DNA of 64,000 nt from Lysobacter sp. Its GTDB lineage: Bacteria; Pseudomonadota; Gammaproteobacteria; Xanthomonadales; Xanthomonadaceae. The notes beneath the pieces were generated by a model. It was not told the DNA's origin. It searched no databases and saw only the letters and a list, made by a program, of their open reading frames with translations. Made by a program: the position numbers and the translations under genes. The stretch is taken from the NCBI GenBank assembly GCA_008015835.1, contig SSGH01000008.1, forward strand, positions 69,165-133,164, in the 5' to 3' direction. Below, piece by piece: positions 48,829-58,543 of this stretch; the stretch's first letter is position 1; every line of letters starts with the position of its first letter.

Positions 48829-49377
48829 TCAGTCCAGTTCGCGCAAATCGTCCAGCGTCTGCCGACGCAGGCGTTCGATCGCGTCTTCGATGTCCTCTTG
48901 CGCGAGCGGGTTTCGCTCGTCGATTTCGTGCGCGCGCTTCGCCCACACGTCGAACACCTGCTGCGCTTCTTGCCCGGTTCTCGGCGGCGCCAAATTGCCT
49001 AAATCGCGGATCAGCGCGGCCTTGCCCCAAGCCGATACCCAGGTCGACGTGCTGCGATCGCTGCCGTAATAGCGGATCTGCACGAGTTGCTGCAGCGCCG
49101 CGGATTCTTCGAGGATGATGAAGCACGATTGCCGGATATTGCGGTGCGCTTCCGTCGATTCGTTGCGCCAGGTGTTGTAGGCCAAACCGGTCATCGCGAC
49201 GACGAGACTGATGATGGCCAACGCCCGCCCGCTCCAGTCGCGTGCGGGGCGTATCGTCGCCGATCGCGTCGGCATCGCATCTTGCGCGGCGTTCGTCGAT
49301 GCGCGCGATGCAGGATTCGTCGACGCGGCGGGTGCGTCGTGCGCGGACACGGGCGGATCGCGATCGTCGCGCTGCAT
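48829..49377 (-). CDS. Hypothetical single-TM protein
   Basis: ALAIISLVVAMTGLAYNTWRNE followed by a helical domain. Start uncertain (49275 or 49377). Confidence 0.7.
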   Translation of the reverse strand: MQRDDRDPPVSAHDAPAASTNPASRASTNAAQDAMPTRSATIRPARDWSGRALAIISLVVAMTGLAYNTWRNESTEAHRNIRQSCFIILEESAALQQLVQIRYYGSDRSTSTWVSAWGKAALIRDLGNLAPPRTGQEAQQVFDVWAKRAHEIDERNPLAQEDIEDAIERLRRQTLDDLRELD

Positions 49378-49488
49378 GGCACGGACTCCCTCGGCGCACA
49401 CCGAAGCGCCGACCTTGCGACCGCTCGGCACGCCTTGTCAAGCCGCGCCCATCGACGATGCGACGGCGCGACCTCGCGCGAAGCGGCG

Positions 49489-51195
49489 TCAGGCGTGCAG
49501 CCAGAACGCGCTATCGGCGAATTGCTCCTGCGTCCACCAGCGCGCGCTGCCGTGGCCGTAGCGGAAATTCCGCACGCCGGCTTGGCTGATCAGAGGCGAG
49601 GTCACTTCGCCGCTCGCGTCGCGGCGGGCGCGTTCGTCCCCGGTCTCCGGCACCACCACCGCGATGTGCCCGGAACGATGCTCGACCTTGCGCAGCGCGA
49701 CGATCAAGCCGATCGCGCCTTGATTCGCTTCCTGCTGCAGCTTCGTCGCGGTGCCGGTGCGGCGCCAGCCGAACTCGGGACCGAAATCGCGCAACCAACG
49801 GAACAGGTCGTTGGCGCGCATCTCGAAAATCGTATCGCCGATCAACGGTTCGACGCGCTTGCCGGCCTGCAGATCGATCAGCGCGCGCGGCGACCACCAC
49901 ACGCGCGGCAAATACGCGCCGGCCAAGTGGCAGAAATCGTGCGCATAGATATTGCAGAACGTGGCGCCGCTGCGCGGGCGATAGCGCGCGTGGCTGAGTT
50001 TATCCACCGCCAACCAATCGACGATCTTCGCGATCTCGGCGCGCAGGGTGTCGGTGTCTTGGCCGCGCCGCGTCGGTTGTCCGTCTTCGTTCAAGGAATG
50101 CGCGTTCGCGGGATCCTTTCGACGCGTCAACGTGCCGGGTTTGCGCGGCATGCTGACCGCGACGATACCTTGCCGCGGCGGTTGCGGCGCGGGTTGCACG
50201 ACCGGAATCTCCTCGCGCGTCGGGTCGGCTTTGAGGAACTGCGTCGAGGCGAAGCCGCGGAGCAACGCGCCTTTCAGGCTGGTCTCCACTTCCATGAAAC
50301 CGTTCACCGCTTTGCCGGTGACAGCGCGCACCGGATGCCCATCGGGCAATTCGCCGATGACGTTCGCGGTCGGCGGCGCGCTGATCTTCGGTTCGCGGCG
50401 CAGGCGCAATGTGGAGACGCGCGTCTCGACTTTGAAGAAGCGGCCTTGCGCGGCGACCGGCGTGGGCGGCGCCACGATGGCTTCGCCCGGCGACGGCGTC
50501 GGTAAGGCCGGCGATTGCGGTGCGATCGCGACGGTCTTCGAGAGTCGGATGAAATCGAAAATCGCCTCGCCGTAGAACTTGGTGCCGTTGAAATGGCCTT
50601 GTTTCAGGCCTTTTTCGGGTTTGAAGCGCCCGGTGTTGTAGGCGATGGCCACGCTGGCCGATTCCATGTCGCTCAGCGCGTCGCGATGCTGCAACCCGAG
50701 TTGGTTCAGGCCGCGTTTGAGCTCGCCCAAGCATTGCCCGAGCGTGTCTTCGAAGCGTTCGTATTTGCGCTGCAGGAAGTATTGCGGATCGACCTTGAAG
50801 AACTGCAGATCGCGCTGGAACAGGCCGAAGCCGTGGCAGAACTTGTTCGGTCTTGCGGCGGCGGGGGCATACGCGGGGATTTGCGCGGCCATATCGACCA
50901 GAGCTTTGCGCGCGATGGCGAACATTTCCTCGCCGCGAGGCGCGGCGATCAGGTCTGCCTTGGTTTGCGGGAAGGCGCGGCGGCCGCGGTCGGCATCGAG
51001 CGTATCGCCGACGCACAGCGCGAGGATGGTGTCATCGCTCAGATTTTTCTTGCGCAGCACCGGCCAGACCTCGCCGGTTTCCTGGCAGGCGAGGGCGACG
51101 ATCAAATCGACGCCGATCGGAGTCCCCGCCAGCGTCGGTCGAATCCTGGCTTCGAAGCGTTCCTTGAACCAACGAATGTCGTCCGCGTTCGGCAT
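49489..51195 (-). CDS. Multi-domain peptidoglycan hydrolase (lysozyme-like + SH3b + Cys/His amidase-like)
   Basis: ACQETG and GFGLFQ (lysozyme-like); LRLRREP...IGELPDGHPV (SH3b); TFCNIYAHD and GHIAVV (CHAP/NlpC-P60-like). Confidence 0.75.
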   Translation of the reverse strand: MPNADDIRWFKERFEARIRPTLAGTPIGVDLIVALACQETGEVWPVLRKKNLSDDTILALCVGDTLDADRGRRAFPQTKADLIAAPRGEEMFAIARKALVDMAAQIPAYAPAAARPNKFCHGFGLFQRDLQFFKVDPQYFLQRKYERFEDTLGQCLGELKRGLNQLGLQHRDALSDMESASVAIAYNTGRFKPEKGLKQGHFNGTKFYGEAIFDFIRLSKTVAIAPQSPALPTPSPGEAIVAPPTPVAAQGRFFKVETRVSTLRLRREPKISAPPTANVIGELPDGHPVRAVTGKAVNGFMEVETSLKGALLRGFASTQFLKADPTREEIPVVQPAPQPPRQGIVAVSMPRKPGTLTRRKDPANAHSLNEDGQPTRRGQDTDTLRAEIAKIVDWLAVDKLSHARYRPRSGATFCNIYAHDFCHLAGAYLPRVWWSPRALIDLQAGKRVEPLIGDTIFEMRANDLFRWLRDFGPEFGWRRTGTATKLQQEANQGAIGLIVALRKVEHRSGHIAVVVPETGDERARRDASGEVTSPLISQAGVRNFRYGHGSARWWTQEQFADSAFWLHA

Positions 51196-51515
51196 GGCGA
51201 TCTTCCTCTCGGTCTAGGGCCCGCGGGGGCGAGCCCGGTGATGTGCCTCGCCGCTATCGGAACACACGCCGTGCGCAGGTCTCGCGACGGCGTTGCAGGT
51301 CTCGCGACGGCATTCTTGTCGGCTTCTGTGGCGAAAACGCTGCGGCCCGAGCCGGCCGGCCAGTTTTCCCGGCATCGATGCAGTATCCGATCGGTCTTCC
51401 GAACGGCGCTCGCTGTTCGCCGCTGCGCATAGGCCATTGGTTTACTCGCCGACGGCTTGCATAACGCCGCCTGCGGACGCATGTTCGAGGCCTCGCCACT
51501 TCTCGGACCGTAGGC

Positions 51516-52259
51516 ATGAAGACGCAAGGCTTTCTCGACCAATTGTTGAAGACCGCGCAGCAGAGCTTGGGCGGCGGCGGCTCCAGCGGTGGCTTGGGGG
51601 GCGGCTTGGGCGGATTGCTCGGGGGCCAATCGAGCGGCGGCAAGGGCCCGCTCAACGCCGACTTCGGCAAAGGCGCCCTCGCCGGTGGGGCCTTAGCGAT
51701 GCTGCTGGGCAGCCGCAAGGCGCGCAAAGTCGGCGGCAAGCTCGCCCTGTACGGCGGCGTGGCCGCGGTGGGCATGCTGGCCTACAAGGCCTACGGCGAG
51801 TGGAAGAAGCAGCAAGGCGGGACGGCGGCCTCCGCGAGCCCGCAGACCGTGGACGCGCTGCCGCCGCCGGAAGCCGAATCGCACAGCCAGGCGATCCTGC
51901 AGGCCTTGATCGCCGCGGCCAAGGCGGACGGGCACATCGAGGCCCGCGAGCGCGAAGTGATCGAAGGCGAGTTCGTGCGCGTCGGCGCCGATACCGAATT
52001 GCGCGGCTGGCTCTCCGCCGAGCTGGAAAAACCGCTGGACCCGGCGGAAGTGGCCCGGGCGGCCACCAGCCCGGAGGTCGCCGCGGAAATGTATCTGGCC
52101 AGCCTGCTCGCCGCGGACGAGCAGAGTTTCATGGAGCGCGCCTACCTCGACGAACTGGCGCGCCAATTGAAGCTGGACGACAGTCTGAAGGCGAAGCTCG
52201 AAGAACAAGTGGCGTCCGCGCAGGCCGAGGCCAACGCCTCTGGGCCGGCGCAGGCGTAA
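51516..52259 (+). CDS. DUF533 / YebE (TerB-like) protein
   Basis: Gly-rich N-terminus, AYKAY, AAKADGHI, EMYLAS, ERAYLDELARQL. Confidence 0.88.
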   Translation: MKTQGFLDQLLKTAQQSLGGGGSSGGLGGGLGGLLGGQSSGGKGPLNADFGKGALAGGALAMLLGSRKARKVGGKLALYGGVAAVGMLAYKAYGEWKKQQGGTAASASPQTVDALPPPEAESHSQAILQALIAAAKADGHIEAREREVIEGEFVRVGADTELRGWLSAELEKPLDPAEVARAATSPEVAAEMYLASLLAADEQSFMERAYLDELARQLKLDDSLKAKLEEQVASAQAEANASGPAQA

Positions 52260-52497
52260 TCGCGTCGCTTGGTCGTCCCATGTCGCGCCGTTCCGCGTCC
52301 GGTTTCCGGCGCGAACCGCGTGATCATCATCGACGCCGCAACGCGAACGAAAACCGCGTAGGGAAACGCAGGTGGTGGGAGGCCGGGTCGCATGCCATGC
52401 ATGCCCCGGCCTTCGTTTTTCCGAACCGCGGACGGCCCCGGTCGCGGAGGTCGCGCCACGGGATGCGCGCTCGCGAGGGATCGCGTAGGCTCTGAAC

Positions 52498-53166
52498 ATG
52501 ACCGAACTTTTGATCGTCGGCAGTACCGGACTGGTCGGCCGCAGCGCTTTGCGGCGCGCGTTGGCCGACCCGCGCGTGACCCGCGTCGTCGCGCCCACCC
52601 GCCGGCCGCTGCCGCAGCCCATGCCGCCCAAACTCGAAAACCCCATCGTCGATTTCGAGGAATTGCCGACCGACGCCGCCTGGTGGGAAGTGGATGCGGT
52701 GGTCTGCACCTTGGGCACCACGCTCAAGCAAGCCGGCTCACGCGGCGCGTTCCGTCGCGTGGATTTCGACTACGTGCTCGCCGCCGCGGAATCCGCGCAG
52801 CGCCACGGCGCGCTCGCGTTCGCATTGACCTCCGCAGGCAGCGCCGATGCGCGCTCGCGCAATTTCTACTTGCGCACCAAGGGCGAGGTCGAGGATGCGC
52901 TGCGTCGGTTGGGCTATCTCTCGTTGACGATCGTCCGGCCCTCTCTGATCGCCGGCGATCGCGGCGGCCACGGCGGTCCTCGTCCGATGGAGCGCCTCAG
53001 CCTGCGCTTGGCGCATACGATGCGCGCGATCATTCCCGCGCGCTATCGCCCGGTGTCCGCCGACGCCATCGCCGCCGCATTGATCGAAGCGGCGGTGACC
53101 GCGCCTTCGGGCGTGCGGACGATCGAATCCGACGCGTTGGGCGCGAAACCGACGCCCGGGGCTTAA
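52498..53166 (+). CDS. NAD(P)-binding oxidoreductase (YraR/TIP30-like atypical SDR)
   Basis: VGSTGLVG, CTLGTT, VDFDY, YLRTKGEVE, RPSLI. Confidence 0.88.
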   Translation: MTELLIVGSTGLVGRSALRRALADPRVTRVVAPTRRPLPQPMPPKLENPIVDFEELPTDAAWWEVDAVVCTLGTTLKQAGSRGAFRRVDFDYVLAAAESAQRHGALAFALTSAGSADARSRNFYLRTKGEVEDALRRLGYLSLTIVRPSLIAGDRGGHGGPRPMERLSLRLAHTMRAIIPARYRPVSADAIAAALIEAAVTAPSGVRTIESDALGAKPTPGA

Positions 53167-53269
53167 GACGACCGCCCGCGGGCTCGAAGCGGCCCGTGCG
53201 CGGGCGAATTGGAGCGACAACCCTAGGGCGAGGGCGCACAATGTCGGTTTGATCGTTCAGAGCATCGCC

Positions 53270-55219
53270 ATGTCCACCGAACAAGACCCGTTGCGTTTCG
53301 CCGATCTCGGCCTGGCCGAGCCGGTGATGGCCGCGGTGGCCGAGGTGGGCTACGAAACCCCGTCGCCGATCCAAGCCGCCACCATTCCGGCGCTGCTGGC
53401 CGGGCGCGATGTGCTCGGTCAGGCGCAGACCGGCACCGGCAAGACCGCCGCGTTCGCGCTGCCGCTGCTGTCGCGACTGGACCTGCGCGCGGGCAAGCCG
53501 CAGGTGTTGGTGCTCGCGCCGACCCGCGAACTGGCCATCCAAGTGGCCGAAGCCTTCCAGCGTTACGCCCACAAGCTGCCGGGTTTCCACGTGCTGCCGG
53601 TGTACGGCGGCCAGAGCTACTATCCGCAGTTGCAGGCGCTCAAGCGCGGCGTGCATGTGGTGGTGGGGACGCCCGGTCGCGTGATCGATCACCTCGAACG
53701 CGGCACGTTGGACCTGTCCGAACTCAAAGCGCTGGTGCTGGACGAAGCCGACGAAATGTTGCGCATGGGCTTCATCGAGGACGTGGAAACGGTGCTGAAA
53801 AAAGTGCCGGAAACGCGCCAAGTCGCCTTGTTCTCGGCGACGATGCCACCGCAGATCCGGCGCATCGCGCAAACCTATCTGCGCGAGCCGGTCGAAGTCA
53901 CCATCGCGGCGAAAACCACCACCGCGACCAATATCCGCCAGCGCTATTGGTTCGTCAGCGGTCTGCACAAACTGGACGCGCTGACCCGCATTCTCGAAGC
54001 CGAACCCTACGACGCGATGATCGTCTTCGCGCGCACCAAGTCGGCGACCGACGAATTGGCCGAGAAGCTGCAGGCCCGCGGCCTCGCCGCCGCCGCGATC
54101 AACGGCGATGTGCAGCAGGCGCAGCGCGAAAAGACCATCCAGCAGTTGAAGGACGGCAAGCTCGATATCCTCGTCGCCACCGACGTGGCCGCGCGCGGCC
54201 TGGACGTCGAGCGGATCAGCCACGTGCTGAACTACGACATTCCCTACGACACCGAAAGCTACGTCCATCGCATCGGTCGCACCGGCCGCGCCGGACGCAG
54301 CGGCGAGGCGATTCTGTTCGTCAGCCCGCGCGAGAAGAGCATGCTGCGCGCGATCGAACGCGCCACGCGCCAGCCGATCCAGGAAATGCAGTTGCCGAGC
54401 GTCGAAGCGGTGAACGACGTGCGCGTGACGAAATTTCTCGGACGCATCTCCGACACGATGGCCCAGGACGGCAGCAGCGGCGGCGAATTGGGTTTCTATC
54501 GCGAACTGATCGAACGCTACGAACGCGAGCACAACGTCCCCGCGATCGAAATCGCCGCCGCGCTGGCGAAGCTGGTGCAGGGCGATACGCCGCTGTTGTT
54601 GGCGCCGGAGCGCGTCCGCGAACCGCAGGCGTTCGCCGGGAACCGCGACTACGCCCAGCGCGCGGAGCGCGGGGGCGCGCACGAAGAACGATCGGGTCGT
54701 CCGGATCGCCATCACGAACGCGCCGATCGCGTCGACCGCGCGGAGGACGAGACCCGCGCGCCGCGGCCGAAGAAAGACATGCCGCCGCGTTCGGCGCCCG
54801 AACCGGGCATGGAGACCTACCGCATCGAAGTGGGGCATCGTCATGGCGTGAAGCCCGGCAACATCGTCGGCGCGATCGCCAACGAAGCCGATCTGGACAG
54901 CAAGTACATCGGTCGCATCGACATCCACGACGACCATTCGATTCTCGATCTGCCCGAAGGTATGCCGCGCCCGCTGCTGATGCACCTCAAAAAGGTGCGT
55001 GTGGCCGGCCAGCCGCTGCGATTGCAGAAAGTCGGCGAGGACGAAGGCCGTTCGGCGGGCGGCAACGCCTCGTTCAAGCCGAAAAATTTCAAACCGCGCG
55101 CTTCCGAGTCGCACGCTCCTAAAGCGCACGCCCCGAAAGCGCACGACAAAAAGCCTCGCGGCGCGAAGCCGCACAGCCCGAAATCCGGTGCCGGCAAGCC
55201 GCACCGCAAAGGCGCATGA
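53270..55219 (+). CDS. deaD: DEAD-box RNA helicase
   Basis: AQTGTGKT, PTRELA, DEAD, SAT, ARGLD, HRIGRTGRAG; C-terminal DbpA-type RBD (GNIVGAIANE). Confidence 0.93.
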   Translation: MSTEQDPLRFADLGLAEPVMAAVAEVGYETPSPIQAATIPALLAGRDVLGQAQTGTGKTAAFALPLLSRLDLRAGKPQVLVLAPTRELAIQVAEAFQRYAHKLPGFHVLPVYGGQSYYPQLQALKRGVHVVVGTPGRVIDHLERGTLDLSELKALVLDEADEMLRMGFIEDVETVLKKVPETRQVALFSATMPPQIRRIAQTYLREPVEVTIAAKTTTATNIRQRYWFVSGLHKLDALTRILEAEPYDAMIVFARTKSATDELAEKLQARGLAAAAINGDVQQAQREKTIQQLKDGKLDILVATDVAARGLDVERISHVLNYDIPYDTESYVHRIGRTGRAGRSGEAILFVSPREKSMLRAIERATRQPIQEMQLPSVEAVNDVRVTKFLGRISDTMAQDGSSGGELGFYRELIERYEREHNVPAIEIAAALAKLVQGDTPLLLAPERVREPQAFAGNRDYAQRAERGGAHEERSGRPDRHHERADRVDRAEDETRAPRPKKDMPPRSAPEPGMETYRIEVGHRHGVKPGNIVGAIANEADLDSKYIGRIDIHDDHSILDLPEGMPRPLLMHLKKVRVAGQPLRLQKVGEDEGRSAGGNASFKPKNFKPRASESHAPKAHAPKAHDKKPRGAKPHSPKSGAGKPHRKGA

Positions 55220-55386
55220 TCGCGTGCGTTAGACGCGCCGCCCGCGCTCGGCGAACGCGTCGTGCGTTCGTCGTCTCGGCGTCGTTCGGGCGAGTCGTGA
55301 CGCCAATCGCACCATACGCCTGCGCACGCATTGCGATGTCATATCGAAACCCCCACAATCGCGCCATCTCCGAGGAGAACTAGAGC

Positions 55387-56418
55387 GTGATCGATACTGC
55401 GACGGTCGTTTCCTCCGCCAAACAGCACGCCGCGCAATTGCGGCAACGTTGCGCGGAATTCGCCCAACCCATCGCCGGCCGCGCGGTGTGGCAACTCATC
55501 AACACCTTGGTTCCGTTCGCCGCGCTGTGGGGCCTGATGGCCTGGAGCGTGCTGGCCGACTGGAATTACCTTTGGACGCTGCTGCTGGCCCTGCCCACCG
55601 CGGGCCTGTACGTGCGGACGTTCATCATTCAGCACGATTGCGGCCACGGCTCGTTTTTCGCCAGCCAACGCGTGAACGACATGGTCGGCCGCTGCTTGGG
55701 CGTGATCACGTTGTTCCCCTACGGCTACTGGAAAAAAACCCACGCGATCCACCACGGCACGTCCGGCAATTTGGATCGCCGCGAAATCGGCGACATCGCC
55801 ACCTGGACCGTCGCCGAGTACCGCCAGCGCTCGTGGTTCGTGCGCCTGTGCTACCGCTTCTACCGCAGCACGCCGGTGCTGCTGGGCATCGGCCCGATCT
55901 ACCAGTTCGTGATCAAACATCGCTTCCCCTTCGACATGCCGTTCGCGTGGAAGAAGGAATGGTTGAGCGTGCTGCTCAACAACGCGGTGTTGGCGATCGT
56001 TTTCGTCGCCATGTGGTGGACGATCGGTTGGCATATCGCCCTGCTGGTGCATCTGCCGGTGGTGATGATCGCGGGCGCCGCGGGCGTGTGGCTTTTCTAC
56101 GTCCAGCACAATTTCGAAGGCGCGTACTGGGTGCGCGGCGAAGAATGGAATTCGGTCGAGGCCGCCGTGGCCGGCAGTTCGTTCTACGACTTGCCGCGCG
56201 TGGTGCATTGGTTCACCGGCAACATCGCGTACCACCATATTCACCACCTCGCCAGCCGCATCCCCAACTACCGACTGCGCGAAGCCTTCGAATCCAGCCC
56301 GCTGCTGCAAATGGCGCCGCGGCTGACCTTCTGGTCCAGCCTGCGCTGCGTGAAATTGAAGCTCTGGGACGAGGACATGAAGCGGTTGGTGGGCTTCCCG
56401 AAGCGCGCCCAGGCCTGA
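55387..56418 (+). CDS. Membrane fatty acid desaturase (DesA/Delta-12-like)
   Basis: His boxes HDCGH, HAIHH, HHIHH; RIPNYRL. Confidence 0.92.
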   Translation: MIDTATVVSSAKQHAAQLRQRCAEFAQPIAGRAVWQLINTLVPFAALWGLMAWSVLADWNYLWTLLLALPTAGLYVRTFIIQHDCGHGSFFASQRVNDMVGRCLGVITLFPYGYWKKTHAIHHGTSGNLDRREIGDIATWTVAEYRQRSWFVRLCYRFYRSTPVLLGIGPIYQFVIKHRFPFDMPFAWKKEWLSVLLNNAVLAIVFVAMWWTIGWHIALLVHLPVVMIAGAAGVWLFYVQHNFEGAYWVRGEEWNSVEAAVAGSSFYDLPRVVHWFTGNIAYHHIHHLASRIPNYRLREAFESSPLLQMAPRLTFWSSLRCVKLKLWDEDMKRLVGFPKRAQA

Positions 56419-56610
56419 TTCCCGCGCAATCCCGCGACGCCCTGGCCTTAAGGCCGACGCTTCCGGGCCGCCGCGCAGCCGCGTATCGCTCTCGACCGCC
56501 GCCGCGTCGACTCCGGCGGCGGTTTCGCGGCCGCTGCGCGCGCCATCTTGCGGCCGACCTCGCTTTTATCGATGATCGCGCGGAACGGATCGTTCTCGCG
56601 AGGGGGCGCT

Positions 56611-58506
56611 ATGCATCGTATTTCGTATTGGCTGTCGCCGCTGCTCGCGGCGGCTTCGTTTTCCGTCGCCGCGGCGCCGCCGTCGCTCGACGAACTGCTC
56701 AAGCCGGCGCAGCACGACTTGGTGAGCATCTCGCCGGGCGGTACCTACATCGCCGCGACCTTCCGCAAGACCGAAAACAAAGAAGACAAGATGATGATGG
56801 TCATCATCGACCGCGCCACCAGCAAGCCGGTGCGGCTGCTGGACCCGGAGGAGCGCGGCGGCGTCGATCGCATCTGGTGGGCCAACGACGAGCGCCTGTT
56901 CCTGATGAATTCGCGCTACGGCCGAAAATTCGCGGAGCAGTACGTCGAAGGCTATGTCCTGGCGATCAACGTCGATGGGACGCGCAAGCGGGTGGTGCAT
57001 GGCAGTCTCATCGATTCGTTGATCGACGACGACGACAGCATCCTGGTCGAGTTTTGCTCGAAGCGCACTCTCAAGGGGTGCATGAGCTACATCGAAAAGA
57101 CCGACAACGACGGCAGCCGGAACGGCAAACGCATCGTCGATTCGCCGGACGATCGCTCCAATTTCTATGCCGACAACGCCGGCCAAGTGCGGTTCGCCTA
57201 TTCCTGGGACGATGAGGATTCGCAAAAAGTCTGGCTGATGAAGGCAGGCCAGTGGACGATCTTCAACGACGAGCGCGAGAGCGGCGTCGAGATCGAGCCT
57301 TTCGGCAGTACGCGCGACGGTTCGGCGGCCTTCTTGTACAGCGAGCGCAAATCCGGCCCGAACGTCATCGAGAAATACGTGTTCGCCACCGGCGAGCGTA
57401 CTGTGGTAATGAGCGATCCGCTGCTCAATCCGGCTTTCTTCGTGTGGTCCGCCGACAGCCGCGAGCCGATCGGCGCCGCGTACGGCACCGGCGTGCCGCG
57501 CGCGCGGTTCTGGAACCCGAACGACCCGGACGCCAAGCTGCTGCGGCAGTTGGAGGCCGCGTTCCCCGAGGACGCCGTGTGGTTTTCCAGCGGCTCGCGC
57601 GATGGCCAGCATCTGGTGATCGGCGTGTCCAGCGATCGCGACCCGGGCAGTTACTACCTGATGGACCGCGCTAAGAAAACCACTTCGTTGTTGGCGCGCG
57701 CGAAGCCGTGGTTGAATCCCGAAGCCCTGGCGCGCGCGCAGCCGTTCGCGTTCAAGGCGCGCGATGGCCTGGAGCTCAACGGCTATCTGACCTTACCGCT
57801 GGAGACGAAAAGCCCGCCGCCGCTGGTGGTGATGCCGCACGGCGGCCCCTACGACATCCAGGACGAGTGGTCGTACGACGAAGAAGTGCAGATTCTCGCC
57901 GCGCACGGGTACGCGGTGCTGCGCGTGAATTTCCGCGGCTCCGGAGGTTACGGACGCAGTTTCGTCGAAGCCGGCCGACTGCAGCGCGGCAAAAAGATGC
58001 AAGACGACGTGACCGACGCCACGCAGTGGGCGATCGCCAGCGGCAAGATCGATCCGAAGCGCATCTGCATTTTCGGGACCAGCCACGGCGGCTATGCGGC
58101 GTTGATGGGCGTTTCTCGCGAGCCGACGCTGTACCGATGCGCCGTTTCCACGGCGGGCCCGACGGATCTGAATATCACCCGCAAATGGGGCGATACGCAT
58201 CGCAGCGAGTCCGGTCGGCATTTCCTCGACACCTTCATCGGCGACGACCCGGCGGACCTCTACGAACAATCGCCGATCGCGCACGTCGCGAAGATCCAAG
58301 CGCCGATTCTGTTGGTGCACGGCGAACACGACCAGCGGGTGTCTTTCGAGCACGCCAAAGCGATGCAGGCCGCGATGCAGAAAGCGGGCAAGCCGCTCGA
58401 AACGTACTTCTTCGCCAACGAAACCCACGGCATCTACAGCGACAAGAACCGCAAGGAATACTACGACCGCGTGCTGAGCTTCCTCTCCGCCCACCTCAAA
58501 CCATAG
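56611..58506 (+). CDS. S9 (prolyl oligopeptidase) family peptidase, secreted
   Basis: Signal peptide; PHGGP, NFRGSGGYG, GTSHGG (Ser), HGEHDQRV (Asp), ETHG (His). Confidence 0.92.
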   Translation: MHRISYWLSPLLAAASFSVAAAPPSLDELLKPAQHDLVSISPGGTYIAATFRKTENKEDKMMMVIIDRATSKPVRLLDPEERGGVDRIWWANDERLFLMNSRYGRKFAEQYVEGYVLAINVDGTRKRVVHGSLIDSLIDDDDSILVEFCSKRTLKGCMSYIEKTDNDGSRNGKRIVDSPDDRSNFYADNAGQVRFAYSWDDEDSQKVWLMKAGQWTIFNDERESGVEIEPFGSTRDGSAAFLYSERKSGPNVIEKYVFATGERTVVMSDPLLNPAFFVWSADSREPIGAAYGTGVPRARFWNPNDPDAKLLRQLEAAFPEDAVWFSSGSRDGQHLVIGVSSDRDPGSYYLMDRAKKTTSLLARAKPWLNPEALARAQPFAFKARDGLELNGYLTLPLETKSPPPLVVMPHGGPYDIQDEWSYDEEVQILAAHGYAVLRVNFRGSGGYGRSFVEAGRLQRGKKMQDDVTDATQWAIASGKIDPKRICIFGTSHGGYAALMGVSREPTLYRCAVSTAGPTDLNITRKWGDTHRSESGRHFLDTFIGDDPADLYEQSPIAHVAKIQAPILLVHGEHDQRVSFEHAKAMQAAMQKAGKPLETYFFANETHGIYSDKNRKEYYDRVLSFLSAHLKP

Positions 58507-58543
58507 CGACGATGCGCAGGCGCGCATCGGAACGGAGCCGAGC

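Noticed and set aside
49489-49700. Xanthomonadales T4SS effector assignment for the peptidoglycan hydrolase
   Set aside because: The C-terminus is the catalytic Cys/His domain; no XVIPCD-like acidic/Gln-rich tail is visible.
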